Assembly: GCA_046583315.1 (NCBI GenBank)
Contig: JAYGCN010000026.1
Span: 1 to 35,602, forward strand
Reading direction: 5' to 3'
Source of the DNA: Candidatus Hydrogenedentota bacterium
GTDB taxonomy: Bacteria > Hydrogenedentota > Hydrogenedentia > Hydrogenedentales > GCA-2746185
Length of the DNA: 35,602 bases
Within the stretch, counting starts at the first letter, position 1, and every line of letters starts with the position of its first letter. Positions 1-9,211 of this stretch are shown here, piece by piece. Made by a program: the position numbers and the translations under genes. The notes under the pieces are model-generated. The model was given only the letters and a program-made list of their open reading frames with translations, had not been told where the DNA came from and did not search any database.

Positions 1-948
1 AAAGCGCACGATGCAAACACCATTGCTGGAACCTTGTCCGCTGATTGGGCTCAAAAACTTGGACTCACTGAAAGTATCCCCATCGCCATCGGAAAACTCG
101 ACGCCCACTACGGCGCGATTGGCGCTGGTGTCTCCGAAGGAACGCTCGTAAAAATCATCGGCACTTCCACGTGCGACTGCATGGTCGCGCCGAAATCCAG
201 TCCGCTTGCCGATATCCCCGGCATCTGTGGAATTGTAGACGGCTCCATTCTCCCAGATCATTACGGTCTCGAAGCGGGGCAATCGGCGGTTGGTGATATC
301 TTCAAATGGTTTGTCGAAGGAGTATGTGAAGGAGACGATGCGTTGCATGCGCGATTGACCGAGGAAGCGGAGGGCTTGAAACCCGGCCAATCCGGATTGC
401 TCGCGCTGGACTGGAATAACGGCAATCGTACCGTGCTCGTGGATCCAAAATTGACGGGATTGCTCCTAGGCCAGACACTGTACACGTCTCGCGCAGAAAT
501 ATACCGCGCGCTCATCGAAGCCACCGCATTCGGTGCACGCGCCATCATTGAACGTATCAAAGAGTACGGAGTCGCGGTGGATCGCATCATTTGTTGTGGA
601 GGCATCGCTGAGAAAAATCCTATGCTCATGCAAATTTACGCCGATGTGACCGGCTGCACCATGCAGACATCCGCGTCCGATCAGACCTGCGCACTCGGTG
701 CGGCACTGGCCGCCGCAGTAGTCGGTGGTGGACACGCAGACTTTGCAACGGCACAAGCCGCAATGACCTCTGTGAATGAAAAGGAATATGCGCCCAACGC
801 GTTAAACCAAGCGGTTTACAATGACCTCTACACCTTGTACCTGCAGATCCACGATGCTTTCGGAGGGGTCACAGAACAAGTCGACCTCAGCCAAACCATG
901 AAAGATCTTATCCGGATCAAAGAAACGCAGTTTGAGGCGATAAAGTAA
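1..948 (+). CDS. araB: L-ribulokinase (FGGY carbohydrate kinase family), 5'-truncated by window edge
   Basis: Frame is open from base 1 (KAHDANTIAGTL...). Motifs DAHxGAIG, IIGTSTC, EAGQSAVGDIF, LDWNNGNRT, LIEATAFG and CGGIAEKN match AraB-type ribulokinases. Confidence 0.88.
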   Translation, partial: KAHDANTIAGTLSADWAQKLGLTESIPIAIGKLDAHYGAIGAGVSEGTLVKIIGTSTCDCMVAPKSSPLADIPGICGIVDGSILPDHYGLEAGQSAVGDIFKWFVEGVCEGDDALHARLTEEAEGLKPGQSGLLALDWNNGNRTVLVDPKLTGLLLGQTLYTSRAEIYRALIEATAFGARAIIERIKEYGVAVDRIICCGGIAEKNPMLMQIYADVTGCTMQTSASDQTCALGAALAAAVVGGGHADFATAQAAMTSVNEKEYAPNALNQAVYNDLYTLYLQIHDAFGGVTEQVDLSQTMKDLIRIKETQFEAIK

Positions 949-950
949 TT

Positions 951-3041
951 ATGAAAGATTCTCGCTTGGAGGAAAAGAATCAATCCAGTAGGCTAAATAC
1001 GATCCATATCTACGGCCTTTTTGGAGTTGCCTTTGCCTACCCCTTGTTTGCATTCCTGCGGGGCAATCCTGCCTATCTGCTCATCAACGGTGTAACCGCG
1101 GAGTATCTTTATTTAGTTATCGCGTTACTACTCTTCGTCTGCCCGACATTGGTTATTTTCGTTGAGTTAGAGCTAAGACGTCTTTCTGAGATCGCGTATC
1201 AGATACTGCATCATGCGATCGTGGCGTTTTTAGCGGCGGTGTCATTGTTGCCGATACTGAGTCGTTTCGAAAGCATCAGTGTATGGTATCTTTTTGGCGT
1301 CGCGATTCTCCTCGGTATCGTGATCGCCCACCAGTATCGTACGAATCGATTTACGTATATTTGTTTTGCGGTGCTCGCACCCGTAACGATTGGAATCTGT
1401 ATTCAATTCATCAGCGATCACCATATTGCACAGATCTTGAATCTCAAGAAATCGGAAACGTTTAATTGGGAGGCTGAGCCTGACGATCGGTTACCGCCAG
1501 TAGTTATGGTGGTGTTTGATGCGCTTCCCCTCGTCCATCTTCTGGATGCAGAGGACAATGTGGATGCAACGCGTTTTCCGAACTTCGCTCGATTGGCTGA
1601 GGAATCAACGTGGTATTCAAACGCAAGTACGGTTCACGACATGACCTTGAAATCGGTGCCGGCCATGATTACCGGTCAGTATCCCGATACTGACTGGAAA
1701 CTTCCTTTGGCGGAGAATTATCCCGTCTCACTCTTTGAAATACTTCGTGAAAACCATCAAATTCACGCGCTGGAGTCTGCGACGAATTTGTTCGGTTCCA
1801 GTACGAGTGAGTATTCTGACACGCGAATCACCGAAAGAGAGTTGGCGGGTGATCTAGCCATATTCTATGCACGCTCATTGCTCCCGGCGCCCGCTGCGGA
1901 CGCGTGGCTTCCCTTGGAAGAGGGTGTCTGGGGCGGTTTTCTCAAGAGGCTACCGACTGCGAGGAAAGAAACTCAGCAAGTGGTAGCCCAATGGCAGTTT
2001 GAGAAGCATCGAGGCCTTGAAATCAAGAATCGACATGCCGCTTCGGAGAATTACATCGAAGAGATCGGGACGTATCCGCGCAATACGTTTCATTTCTTTC
2101 ACATTATTCTTCCTCATCGCCCCTTTGAGTTTCTTCCGAGTGGTCGCCAATATGCTTTTTCATTGAGCAAAGATCTTTCCAGAGCCGATACCGCTCGATT
2201 CGAACGTGAGGCGCACATTCTGCAATTGGGACATTCCGACATGATTTTGGGAACGCTCATGAGTGAGCTGCGTGATCTGGGCCTGTGGAATGGCACACTT
2301 CTAATTGTTGTCGCAGATCACGGTGAGTCTTTTCAGGCCAACCCGAACAAACGAATCGTTACCCGTGAAAACGTGGGGGAAGTAGGATTCGTTCCGTTGT
2401 TCATTAAAGTTCCGCATCAAGAGATGGGGATTGTCGACGAGAGCAACGTTCAAACTATTGATATCGCGCCTACCGTACTGGATGTTCTTAAGATGAGCCC
2501 TAGTCCGTCCATGGATGGTCGATCCCTCCTGGAGCAGAATGCGACGACCCCTGGTATTAAGAAGATAGTATCGGGCTCGAAGAAAACGTTGCTAATTCCA
2601 GAACAAGACTATGCCAAAGCGCGTCAAAATGCGCATGCCGATTCAGTCACTTTTTTCGATCTGAATAACCCCCGTTCGGATCTCTTCAACTATGGTGCGG
2701 GCATTGAATATGTGAGCGTCGAGACAGAACAACTTCGTGATCGTGCGATCGACTGTACGATCACGTCGGATACCGAGAGCCGTTTTGAAGAGGTAAGGTT
2801 GGATTCCTCGAGATTCGAGGCTTTGATCACTGGAACGGTGCAGGGGACGGACGCGATTCGAATCTCGGATGCCGTGGTCGCGTTCTCGATCAATGGACGT
2901 ATCCGGGCAGTCACACGACCATACGCAGGGAAAGATACTATTCGATTTCGCAAAGTACTCTCGGACGGCTATTTTAGTGAAGGCTGGAACGATTTCGAGA
3001 TTCTTCTACTGCCATTGGAATCGACCGACGCTGAATTGTAA
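951..3041 (+). CDS. Membrane-anchored sulfatase-like/alkaline phosphatase superfamily protein (LTA synthase-like architecture)
   Basis: About 5 N-terminal hydrophobic segments, then VVMVVFDALP, TLKSVPAMITG (Thr at the nucleophile position), HIILPHRPF, IVVADHGE, VPLFIK and TIDIAPTVLD. Confidence 0.75.
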   Translation: MKDSRLEEKNQSSRLNTIHIYGLFGVAFAYPLFAFLRGNPAYLLINGVTAEYLYLVIALLLFVCPTLVIFVELELRRLSEIAYQILHHAIVAFLAAVSLLPILSRFESISVWYLFGVAILLGIVIAHQYRTNRFTYICFAVLAPVTIGICIQFISDHHIAQILNLKKSETFNWEAEPDDRLPPVVMVVFDALPLVHLLDAEDNVDATRFPNFARLAEESTWYSNASTVHDMTLKSVPAMITGQYPDTDWKLPLAENYPVSLFEILRENHQIHALESATNLFGSSTSEYSDTRITERELAGDLAIFYARSLLPAPAADAWLPLEEGVWGGFLKRLPTARKETQQVVAQWQFEKHRGLEIKNRHAASENYIEEIGTYPRNTFHFFHIILPHRPFEFLPSGRQYAFSLSKDLSRADTARFEREAHILQLGHSDMILGTLMSELRDLGLWNGTLLIVVADHGESFQANPNKRIVTRENVGEVGFVPLFIKVPHQEMGIVDESNVQTIDIAPTVLDVLKMSPSPSMDGRSLLEQNATTPGIKKIVSGSKKTLLIPEQDYAKARQNAHADSVTFFDLNNPRSDLFNYGAGIEYVSVETEQLRDRAIDCTITSDTESRFEEVRLDSSRFEALITGTVQGTDAIRISDAVVAFSINGRIRAVTRPYAGKDTIRFRKVLSDGYFSEGWNDFEILLLPLESTDAEL

Positions 3042-3051
3042 GGAAGCCGAT

Positions 3052-4203
3052 TCAGCTCCGTTCCAGAATGCAGACGGATTCCACGTGCGACGTATTCGGG
3101 AAGAGATCGATGGCGGTCAGGGAGGTGATTTTCCAGGCTGCTTTGAGGAGTACAGTCACGTCACGGGCCTGGGTAGCATGGTCGCAGGAGACGTAGATGA
3201 TTTTGGCGGCCTTGGCATCGGAGAGGGATTTCATAATGCTCTTCGCGCCGACGCGTGGCGGATCGAGCACGATCGCGCCCCAGTGTTGACGGTGGATGAA
3301 ATCGTGGAAGTCTTTTTGCTTGCCGATGTGGAATTCGCCTCGTTCTGCGATGTCGGCCGCTTTGATGGAGGGGCCGTCGCGGTCGAGTCCGATGACCTTC
3401 GCGCGATCGCTGAGTGCCATCGTGAGGTTGCCGCTCCCGCAGTAGAGATCCAGGATGGAATCAGCACCTTCGAGGAAAGAGTGCACGTGTTCGACGAGGA
3501 TTCGATTGAGTTTGAGGGAGGATTGATTGAAGGTGCCGTTGACCACGGGGGTGTCGTCGAACACGAAGGTGGATTGTTTTTCGGTGTCGCCCGGGCACTC
3601 AGCGATGTCGAACGCCTTTTTGATCAGGCGGGATGGTTTTTCGGTCCACACAAACACTTCTTCACCTTCGGGATTGACGACGACTTCTACATTGCCGTCG
3701 GCACCGGTTTCGCGAATTTTGGTGAGTGCCGCATTCACGGCAGGATCGCATAGCGGGCACTCTTCGATATCAATGACGTCGTGTGATTGGGCCGCATAGA
3801 AACCACGATTCTTCTTGTCGCCGCGAAAAGTGGCGCGGGTGCGGTAGCCCTTATGCAGGTCTGGATCGCCCAGACCGTCAACGCTGACTTCGACTTTAGC
3901 CAGGCGACGGAACGATTCTTCGACGAGTTTCTGTTTCCATTCCATTTGCGCGGGATAGGCAAAATGCAGCCACGTACACCCGCCGCAGGAGCCGAATGCC
4001 GGGCAGTCCGCGTCGATGCGATAGGGGGATGCTTCAAGCACGGCGACGATTTCGGCGCGACTGAAGCGTTTGCCGTCTTCCGTGATTTCGACGCTGAGTT
4101 TATCTTGTGGTAGGCCGTAGGGCACGAAACATATTTTGCCGTCGATATACCCAACGCCGTCGCCGCCGTGGGCCAATCGTTCGATGGTAATTTCTGAAGT
4201 CAT
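3052..4203 (-). CDS. rlmD: 23S rRNA m5U methyltransferase, RlmD/RumA family
   Basis: N-terminal TRAM domain (IERLAHGGDGVG), Fe-S motif CPAFGSCGGC, SAM motif LDLYCGSG, LDPPRxG, YVSC (catalytic Cys) and DLFPNTSHVE. Confidence 0.9.
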   Translation of the reverse strand: MTSEITIERLAHGGDGVGYIDGKICFVPYGLPQDKLSVEITEDGKRFSRAEIVAVLEASPYRIDADCPAFGSCGGCTWLHFAYPAQMEWKQKLVEESFRRLAKVEVSVDGLGDPDLHKGYRTRATFRGDKKNRGFYAAQSHDVIDIEECPLCDPAVNAALTKIRETGADGNVEVVVNPEGEEVFVWTEKPSRLIKKAFDIAECPGDTEKQSTFVFDDTPVVNGTFNQSSLKLNRILVEHVHSFLEGADSILDLYCGSGNLTMALSDRAKVIGLDRDGPSIKAADIAERGEFHIGKQKDFHDFIHRQHWGAIVLDPPRVGAKSIMKSLSDAKAAKIIYVSCDHATQARDVTVLLKAAWKITSLTAIDLFPNTSHVESVCILERS

Positions 4204-4213
4204 GGGGATTCCT

Positions 4214-5053
4214 TTAGGGTTCGTCTGATTGATTTTGAACTTCTTCAGCGATCAATTGCTGGATTTTGGCCGCGCGTTTTTCTTGCAGGCGGATTTCGGT
4301 GATGAGCGCGTTGTGATGTACGGTAAAGGCATCGTAAGGGTCGCCCTCGAAGGCAAGCAGGTAGGTCTTCGGACTGTGCCAGGTCTCGAGTGGGGCGAGT
4401 TCAATGCCGCCCGTGGCCGCGACGTGGCATCCGGGAAATTCTGCCCGTTCAAGTTTTATGGTTGCCTCATCCAGTGCACCGAATATAAGGCCGCGATTAT
4501 TGTGTTGCACGGAAATCGCAGGATTGGGCCCGGCGCTGGTCCATGCGTCGGTCAACTCGACACGAAACTGGTCGGCCCAAAACTGGCAGGGTTCAGGTTC
4601 CCACTGTAGGCTTTCGACGCGAATTGACTCGAGCGTGAGTGACTCGGAACCAGTATTGCGAATGACAAAAGAGCGCAACAGGACCGGGATTTCGTGTAAG
4701 GCGGTCGTTGTGTAGCTGATTTCCAGGCCCGGACGTGCTTTGACGACGCAGATGGACGCACCCATTTCGCTGTATTCGTCGTTAATATTGATTTCACCCA
4801 ATTCATTGATGCCCTCGGACGATCCATTGATCTTCACGGAGAATTCAGGATTTTGTGCAGTTACCCATTCGGTTTCACCGGCTTTCTGGATGACGCTGTG
4901 CGTATTACCGAAGAATCCGGACCAGGAGCGTTCGAGCCAGCGATTGCCCACGATGGCGCGATTTAGGTCGATTCGGGTGTAGGCACGGTTGTCGTAGGCG
5001 CCTTCCGGCTGATCGAGTGTGAAGAGGTTCATGATGGGCAAAGTATAACGCAA
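4214..5053 (-). CDS. Hypothetical beta-rich protein (start may be ATG at 5032)
   Basis: Long ORF ending 10 bp upstream of rlmD on the same strand. Weak resemblance by eye to the N-terminal beta-sandwich region of GH36-like glycosidases; no catalytic domain is evident. Confidence 0.6.
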   Translation of the reverse strand: MRYTLPIMNLFTLDQPEGAYDNRAYTRIDLNRAIVGNRWLERSWSGFFGNTHSVIQKAGETEWVTAQNPEFSVKINGSSEGINELGEININDEYSEMGASICVVKARPGLEISYTTTALHEIPVLLRSFVIRNTGSESLTLESIRVESLQWEPEPCQFWADQFRVELTDAWTSAGPNPAISVQHNNRGLIFGALDEATIKLERAEFPGCHVAATGGIELAPLETWHSPKTYLLAFEGDPYDAFTVHHNALITEIRLQEKRAAKIQQLIAEEVQNQSDEP

Positions 5054-5337
5054 CGGGGGTAAAAAATTGAATCACATTTTTTACTTGATGCCACCCGCTC
5101 TTTTCGCTATGGTAGGACATTCTACGTTGGCTGTGGCGGAGAAGAAAGATGTACAAATACATAAGTGGGGGCACTGTGTTAAAGATGGCTATCCGTTTTT
5201 CAATTTCTATGCCTTGGGTCGAGGATACCGTCTCGCTGATGTTGCAAGGGGATCACGCGCCGGTAGCGTTTCAACATATCGAATTGACACACAGCGAGTT
5301 TGAATAGGATGTAGTTGTTTAGCAAGGGGGAAGTTAA

Positions 5338-6678
5338 ATGGCAAGACGGAAGATCCCGATCAACAATAGCAAGACGATGAATCGACGGGAATTCATCAAG
5401 CACACCACGGCGGTCACGGCCGGCGCGGCAGTGTTTCCAATGATTGCTCCGGCATCGGTCTTCGGTGCAGACGGGACGGTGGCACCCAGCAATCGCATCA
5501 CGATGGCGTGTCTGGGCGTGGGCGGACAGGGGCGCGGGAACCTGGGTGGCTTTCTTGAGAATAAACACATGCATTTCGTGGCCGTGTGTGATGTCGACAA
5601 GAAACATCGTGATATTGCATCGAATATGATCAATCAGCGCAACGAGAACACGGATTGCGCGCATTATAACGAGTTCGAAGAAATGTTCGAGCGTGACGAT
5701 CTCGATGCCTTGTCGATCGCGCTGCCCGATCATTGGCATTCGATTCCGGTAATTCAGGCGGCCGACAAGGGTCTGGATATGTATGCGGAGAAGCCGCTGG
5801 CCCTGACGATTGGCGAAGGCCGCGACATGGTGGATGCGGTGCATCGAAACAATATCGTATGGCAGACCGGCAGCTGGCAACGATCACGAGCCAATTTCTA
5901 CAAAGGCTGCCAACTGGTTCGCAACGGTCGCATTGGTAATGTCCACACGGTGGAAATTGGACTACCTACCGGTGGACCGTTGAACGAGCCGACACCTGTG
6001 ATTCCGGTGCCCCAGGGATTCGATTACGAACGCTGGCTTGGTCCCGCGCCTTGGCATCCGTATACGGCAAAACGCAGCCACTGGGATTTCCGTTGGATTC
6101 TGGATTATTCAGGTGGACAATTGACGGATTGGGGTGCCCATCATAACGACATCTTCAACTGGGGAATGGGCACGGAACGTGTCGGTCCTCTGGATGCGGA
6201 AGGGGAAGGCGATTATCCCCGGGATGGAATCTGGGACGCGGCGAAGTCGTATACCATTCGGTATCGCTACGGCAAAAATGCGTCTCCTGTTGCGCCGGGC
6301 GGCTTTAATTTGGTTATCTCCAACAAGAACCCCGGCGGCACGAGATTCATTGGTGATGAAGGTGAGGTTCATGTAGATCGCGGCAAGTTCACTTCGACTC
6401 CAAAGAATCTGCGTTCCACCAAGTTCAACGACAATATAGTTGAGCTTATTGAAAGCACGAATCACGCGCAGAATTTTGTCGATAATGTGTACTCACGCAG
6501 AGAATGCGTAGCACCGATTCATGCCGCGCACCAGGCGATTTTGTTGTCGCATCTTGGAAACATCTGCATGCAGCTCGGTCGCAAGGTCGAGTGGGACACG
6601 GAAACGGAAACATTCAAGAACGATCCGCAAGCAAATCGTATGCTTCGCCGGGCCATGCGGGGGCATTGGCATGTCTAG
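5338..6678 (+). CDS. Tat-exported Gfo/Idh/MocA family oxidoreductase (alternative start 5377)
   Basis: Tat motif NRREFIK plus hydrophobic stretch; Rossmann GVGGQG; VAVCDVD, PDHWH, YAEKP, QTGSWQRS, WLGPAP and DWGAHH. Confidence 0.92.
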   Translation: MARRKIPINNSKTMNRREFIKHTTAVTAGAAVFPMIAPASVFGADGTVAPSNRITMACLGVGGQGRGNLGGFLENKHMHFVAVCDVDKKHRDIASNMINQRNENTDCAHYNEFEEMFERDDLDALSIALPDHWHSIPVIQAADKGLDMYAEKPLALTIGEGRDMVDAVHRNNIVWQTGSWQRSRANFYKGCQLVRNGRIGNVHTVEIGLPTGGPLNEPTPVIPVPQGFDYERWLGPAPWHPYTAKRSHWDFRWILDYSGGQLTDWGAHHNDIFNWGMGTERVGPLDAEGEGDYPRDGIWDAAKSYTIRYRYGKNASPVAPGGFNLVISNKNPGGTRFIGDEGEVHVDRGKFTSTPKNLRSTKFNDNIVELIESTNHAQNFVDNVYSRRECVAPIHAAHQAILLSHLGNICMQLGRKVEWDTETETFKNDPQANRMLRRAMRGHWHV

Positions 6679-6706
6679 TGCAAAAACACAACAAGGGGGA
6701 AACGAT

Positions 6707-7282
6707 ATGGAAACGGATTCATCGGCACTAAAGGTTGGGGGAGTGGCCCTTGCGGCCGTTGCCTTTCCAGGCTGCGTGACCACCGATTCGCGAGAGGCGG
6801 TGGTGATTCGTCCAGAGATTACCGCGATACGGGATTACACCTATTCTGCGAGTCGCGAGCCCATATCGGTGTTGAAAGACATGGCGCGTTCGAAATCTAC
6901 CAGGGAGCGTCGCCGATTGGCTGCAGAGCTCACCGCGTTTCTGGCAACCGATGCGACCTTGGATGCCAAGCAGGAAGCGTGTCGTATACTGTGGACCATC
7001 GGCGCGGAGGAGAATGTTCCGGGTATCTCCAAGTTGCTGTGGAATGAAAAAACGGCGGACATGGCGCGCTTCGCACTCGAACGCTTGGAAGGCGCTGCCG
7101 TGGACAGGGTATTTCTCAGTGCGTTGGATAGCGCACCGGACGCGGCCAAGTCGGGGATTATCAATTCATTGGCGGCACGACGCACATCAGGAGCGGCCAA
7201 TCGCATCGAATCACTGGTCTCCAATTCAGACCCGTTTATATCCGAATCGGCTCGTTCGGCGCTAAAGGTATTGGCATCCTAG
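6707..7282 (+). CDS. HEAT-repeat protein, probable lipoprotein (alternative start ATG 6671 overlapping the upstream stop)
   Basis: AAGGGGGA RBS before ATG 6707; hydrophobic stretch ending FPGC; helical repeats (AKQEACRILWTIG, MARFALERL, GIINSLAARR, ARSALKVL). Confidence 0.7.
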   Translation: METDSSALKVGGVALAAVAFPGCVTTDSREAVVIRPEITAIRDYTYSASREPISVLKDMARSKSTRERRRLAAELTAFLATDATLDAKQEACRILWTIGAEENVPGISKLLWNEKTADMARFALERLEGAAVDRVFLSALDSAPDAAKSGIINSLAARRTSGAANRIESLVSNSDPFISESARSALKVLAS

Positions 7283-7321
7283 CGCAAAAGAAGTGCCAAC
7301 AACCGAGATCGGGCTGATTAC

Positions 7322-7350
7322 TTGCGCATTTGCGACTATTGCGGTAAAAT
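7322..7350 (+). promoter_or_regulatory. Putative sigma70 promoter
   Basis: TTGCGC-17 bp-TAAAAT upstream of the response regulator. Confidence 0.45.
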
Positions 7351-7418
7351 TAAGTGTACTTATTTCGAGGGCGGATGTCAGTGATACGTCCGAAGGGCAT
7401 TGAGAGAAATTTTCAACC

Positions 7419-7826
7419 ATGGCAACGATTCTGGTAGTAGATGACGAAGTGGACATGCGCGATGTCATGTTTGATCTATTGGCATTGGATGGCTACGAAG
7501 TGGTATTGGCTGACGATGGCGAGGCGGCCATGGAGCGATATCGCAATACGCTACCCGATCTGGTCATCACCGATATCTTGATGCCCGGTGTCGACGGGAT
7601 TGAATTCCTCGAGGATCTGCGCGCAGAATTCGGCGATGTGCCCGTCATCGTAATGTCCGGTACAGGTGATATCAACGTCGTCGAAAAAGCCGCAATGGCC
7701 ACAGCAAACCGGATCCTACATAAACCCTTCGATGCCGACGCGCTGCTCAATGCCGTCGCCGAGCTCATCGACTCGGATTCGCACGACCGTGAGTCGTATT
7801 CCCACCATCACTACCCCATCGGCTGA
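7419..7826 (+). CDS. Single-domain response regulator (CheY-like receiver)
   Basis: ILVVDDE, DLVITDILMP (phospho-Asp), PVIVMSG and HKPF; no output domain. Confidence 0.92.
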   Translation: MATILVVDDEVDMRDVMFDLLALDGYEVVLADDGEAAMERYRNTLPDLVITDILMPGVDGIEFLEDLRAEFGDVPVIVMSGTGDINVVEKAAMATANRILHKPFDADALLNAVAELIDSDSHDRESYSHHHYPIG

Positions 7827-7924
7827 CGGGAGTCAATTTACGGGATCGGTTTCGTTAGTTTGGAAGACCATTAAACTTATGTTATGCTGAATTCGACAAA
7901 TTCGATTAAAAACGGAGTTTAGGT

Positions 7925-9211
7925 ATGCGAACTTTGACCTTTGCAGTAGTCTTTTCCACATTGACCATCGTGTACGCCGGTGCCGCCGAGCGCGCTACTT
8001 TCTTCAAAGACATTCTTCCGGTGCTACAGGAGAACTGCCAGGAGTGTCATCGACCTGCAGGCGCGAATTTCGGAGGTATGGTGGCTCCCATGGCACTCAC
8101 GACTTACGAAGAAGTCCGTCCCTGGTCCAAATCAATCGTGAAACAGATTGTGTCCAAAGAAATGCCGCCTTGGGATGCTGCGGTGGAACATCACGGCGAA
8201 TTTCGAAACGAGCGTACGCTGACGGACGAAGAGATTGCATTGATCACGGGTTGGGTGAATTCAGGTGCGCCCAAGGGCAATCCGAAAGATGCACCGGAGC
8301 CGGTCGTGTATAACGATGTCGACGGCTGGGTCATCGGCGAGCCCGATTTGGTGGTTTCGATGCCGGAAGCCTTCCATGTGAGTGACGACGTCTACGATCT
8401 GTATACGCAGTTTTATGTAGACCTCGATGACACGCAGCTGCCTGACGGGAAATGGATCACTTCGTTCCAATGCAAGCCGGGAAGTAACATCGTTCACCAT
8501 TTTAACTGCCACCTCCTCGCGCCCACCGATGGCGAGCTTCCTCCGCCACCGACTTCGGCCGTTTCAAAAACCATTGCGCCGGAGAATGCCGGTAATTATT
8601 TGGGAGGAATCTCATCGGGTTCCGAGCCCGTCATTTGGCCTGAAGGATTCGGCGTACCGTTGGAAACGGGGTCTCGCGTAACCTTTGATATTCACTACCA
8701 TAAAGAACCGGGCCCGGATACGGCGGTGGACGACCGTTCGCAGATCGGATTCTTGTTGACTGACGAAAAACCGGATCGCGAAATGGGTGGCGCCTCGCCG
8801 ATGATGCGATTTGACATTAACATTGCCCCCGGCGAATCGCGCTACCAACTTGGGCCTGCCTCGCAAATACTGAAGCACGATATTGAGGTTATCGGGTATA
8901 TGCCGCACATGCACACGCGTGGTAAAGAAGCCTTGTTCGAGGCGATCTATGAAGACGGTACCAAGGAAGTATTGCTTTATGTGCCACGATACGATTTTGC
9001 GTGGCAGACGGTCTATTACTACAACGAACTGAAGGTGCTTCCTAAAGGGACCAAGGTTCAATATACGGCGTGGTATGACAATTCCGCCGAATATGGTGAG
9101 CAGCGCGGTTTTGATTCGACGGAGACTGTGAAGTTCGGGCAGCGGTCTTCCGATGAAATGATGATGGGTTTCATGATGACCGCGATCAAGGAAGACGGCG
9201 CGACCGATTAG
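7925..9211 (+). CDS. Secreted cytochrome c / copper type II (PHM-like) monooxygenase-domain protein, copy 1
   Basis: Signal peptide; CQECH heme motif; MPPW; then VHH, HYH, PHMH, YDFAWQ and DEMM. Confidence 0.75.
   Translation: MRTLTFAVVFSTLTIVYAGAAERATFFKDILPVLQENCQECHRPAGANFGGMVAPMALTTYEEVRPWSKSIVKQIVSKEMPPWDAAVEHHGEFRNERTLTDEEIALITGWVNSGAPKGNPKDAPEPVVYNDVDGWVIGEPDLVVSMPEAFHVSDDVYDLYTQFYVDLDDTQLPDGKWITSFQCKPGSNIVHHFNCHLLAPTDGELPPPPTSAVSKTIAPENAGNYLGGISSGSEPVIWPEGFGVPLETGSRVTFDIHYHKEPGPDTAVDDRSQIGFLLTDEKPDREMGGASPMMRFDINIAPGESRYQLGPASQILKHDIEVIGYMPHMHTRGKEALFEAIYEDGTKEVLLYVPRYDFAWQTVYYYNELKVLPKGTKVQYTAWYDNSAEYGEQRGFDSTETVKFGQRSSDEMMMGFMMTAIKEDGATD

Noticed and set aside
2869..3753. 294-aa plus-strand ORF
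   Set aside because: Antisense to rlmD and overlapping the sulfatase-like gene; no recognisable motifs.
5060..5082. Imperfect palindrome AAAAAATTGAATCACATTTTTT as a CRP/FNR site
   Set aside because: Only one half-site matches; the symmetry is mostly A/T runs.
5067..5303. 78-aa ORF in the divergent intergenic region
   Set aside because: TTG start without a clear RBS and no recognisable features; more likely promoter DNA.
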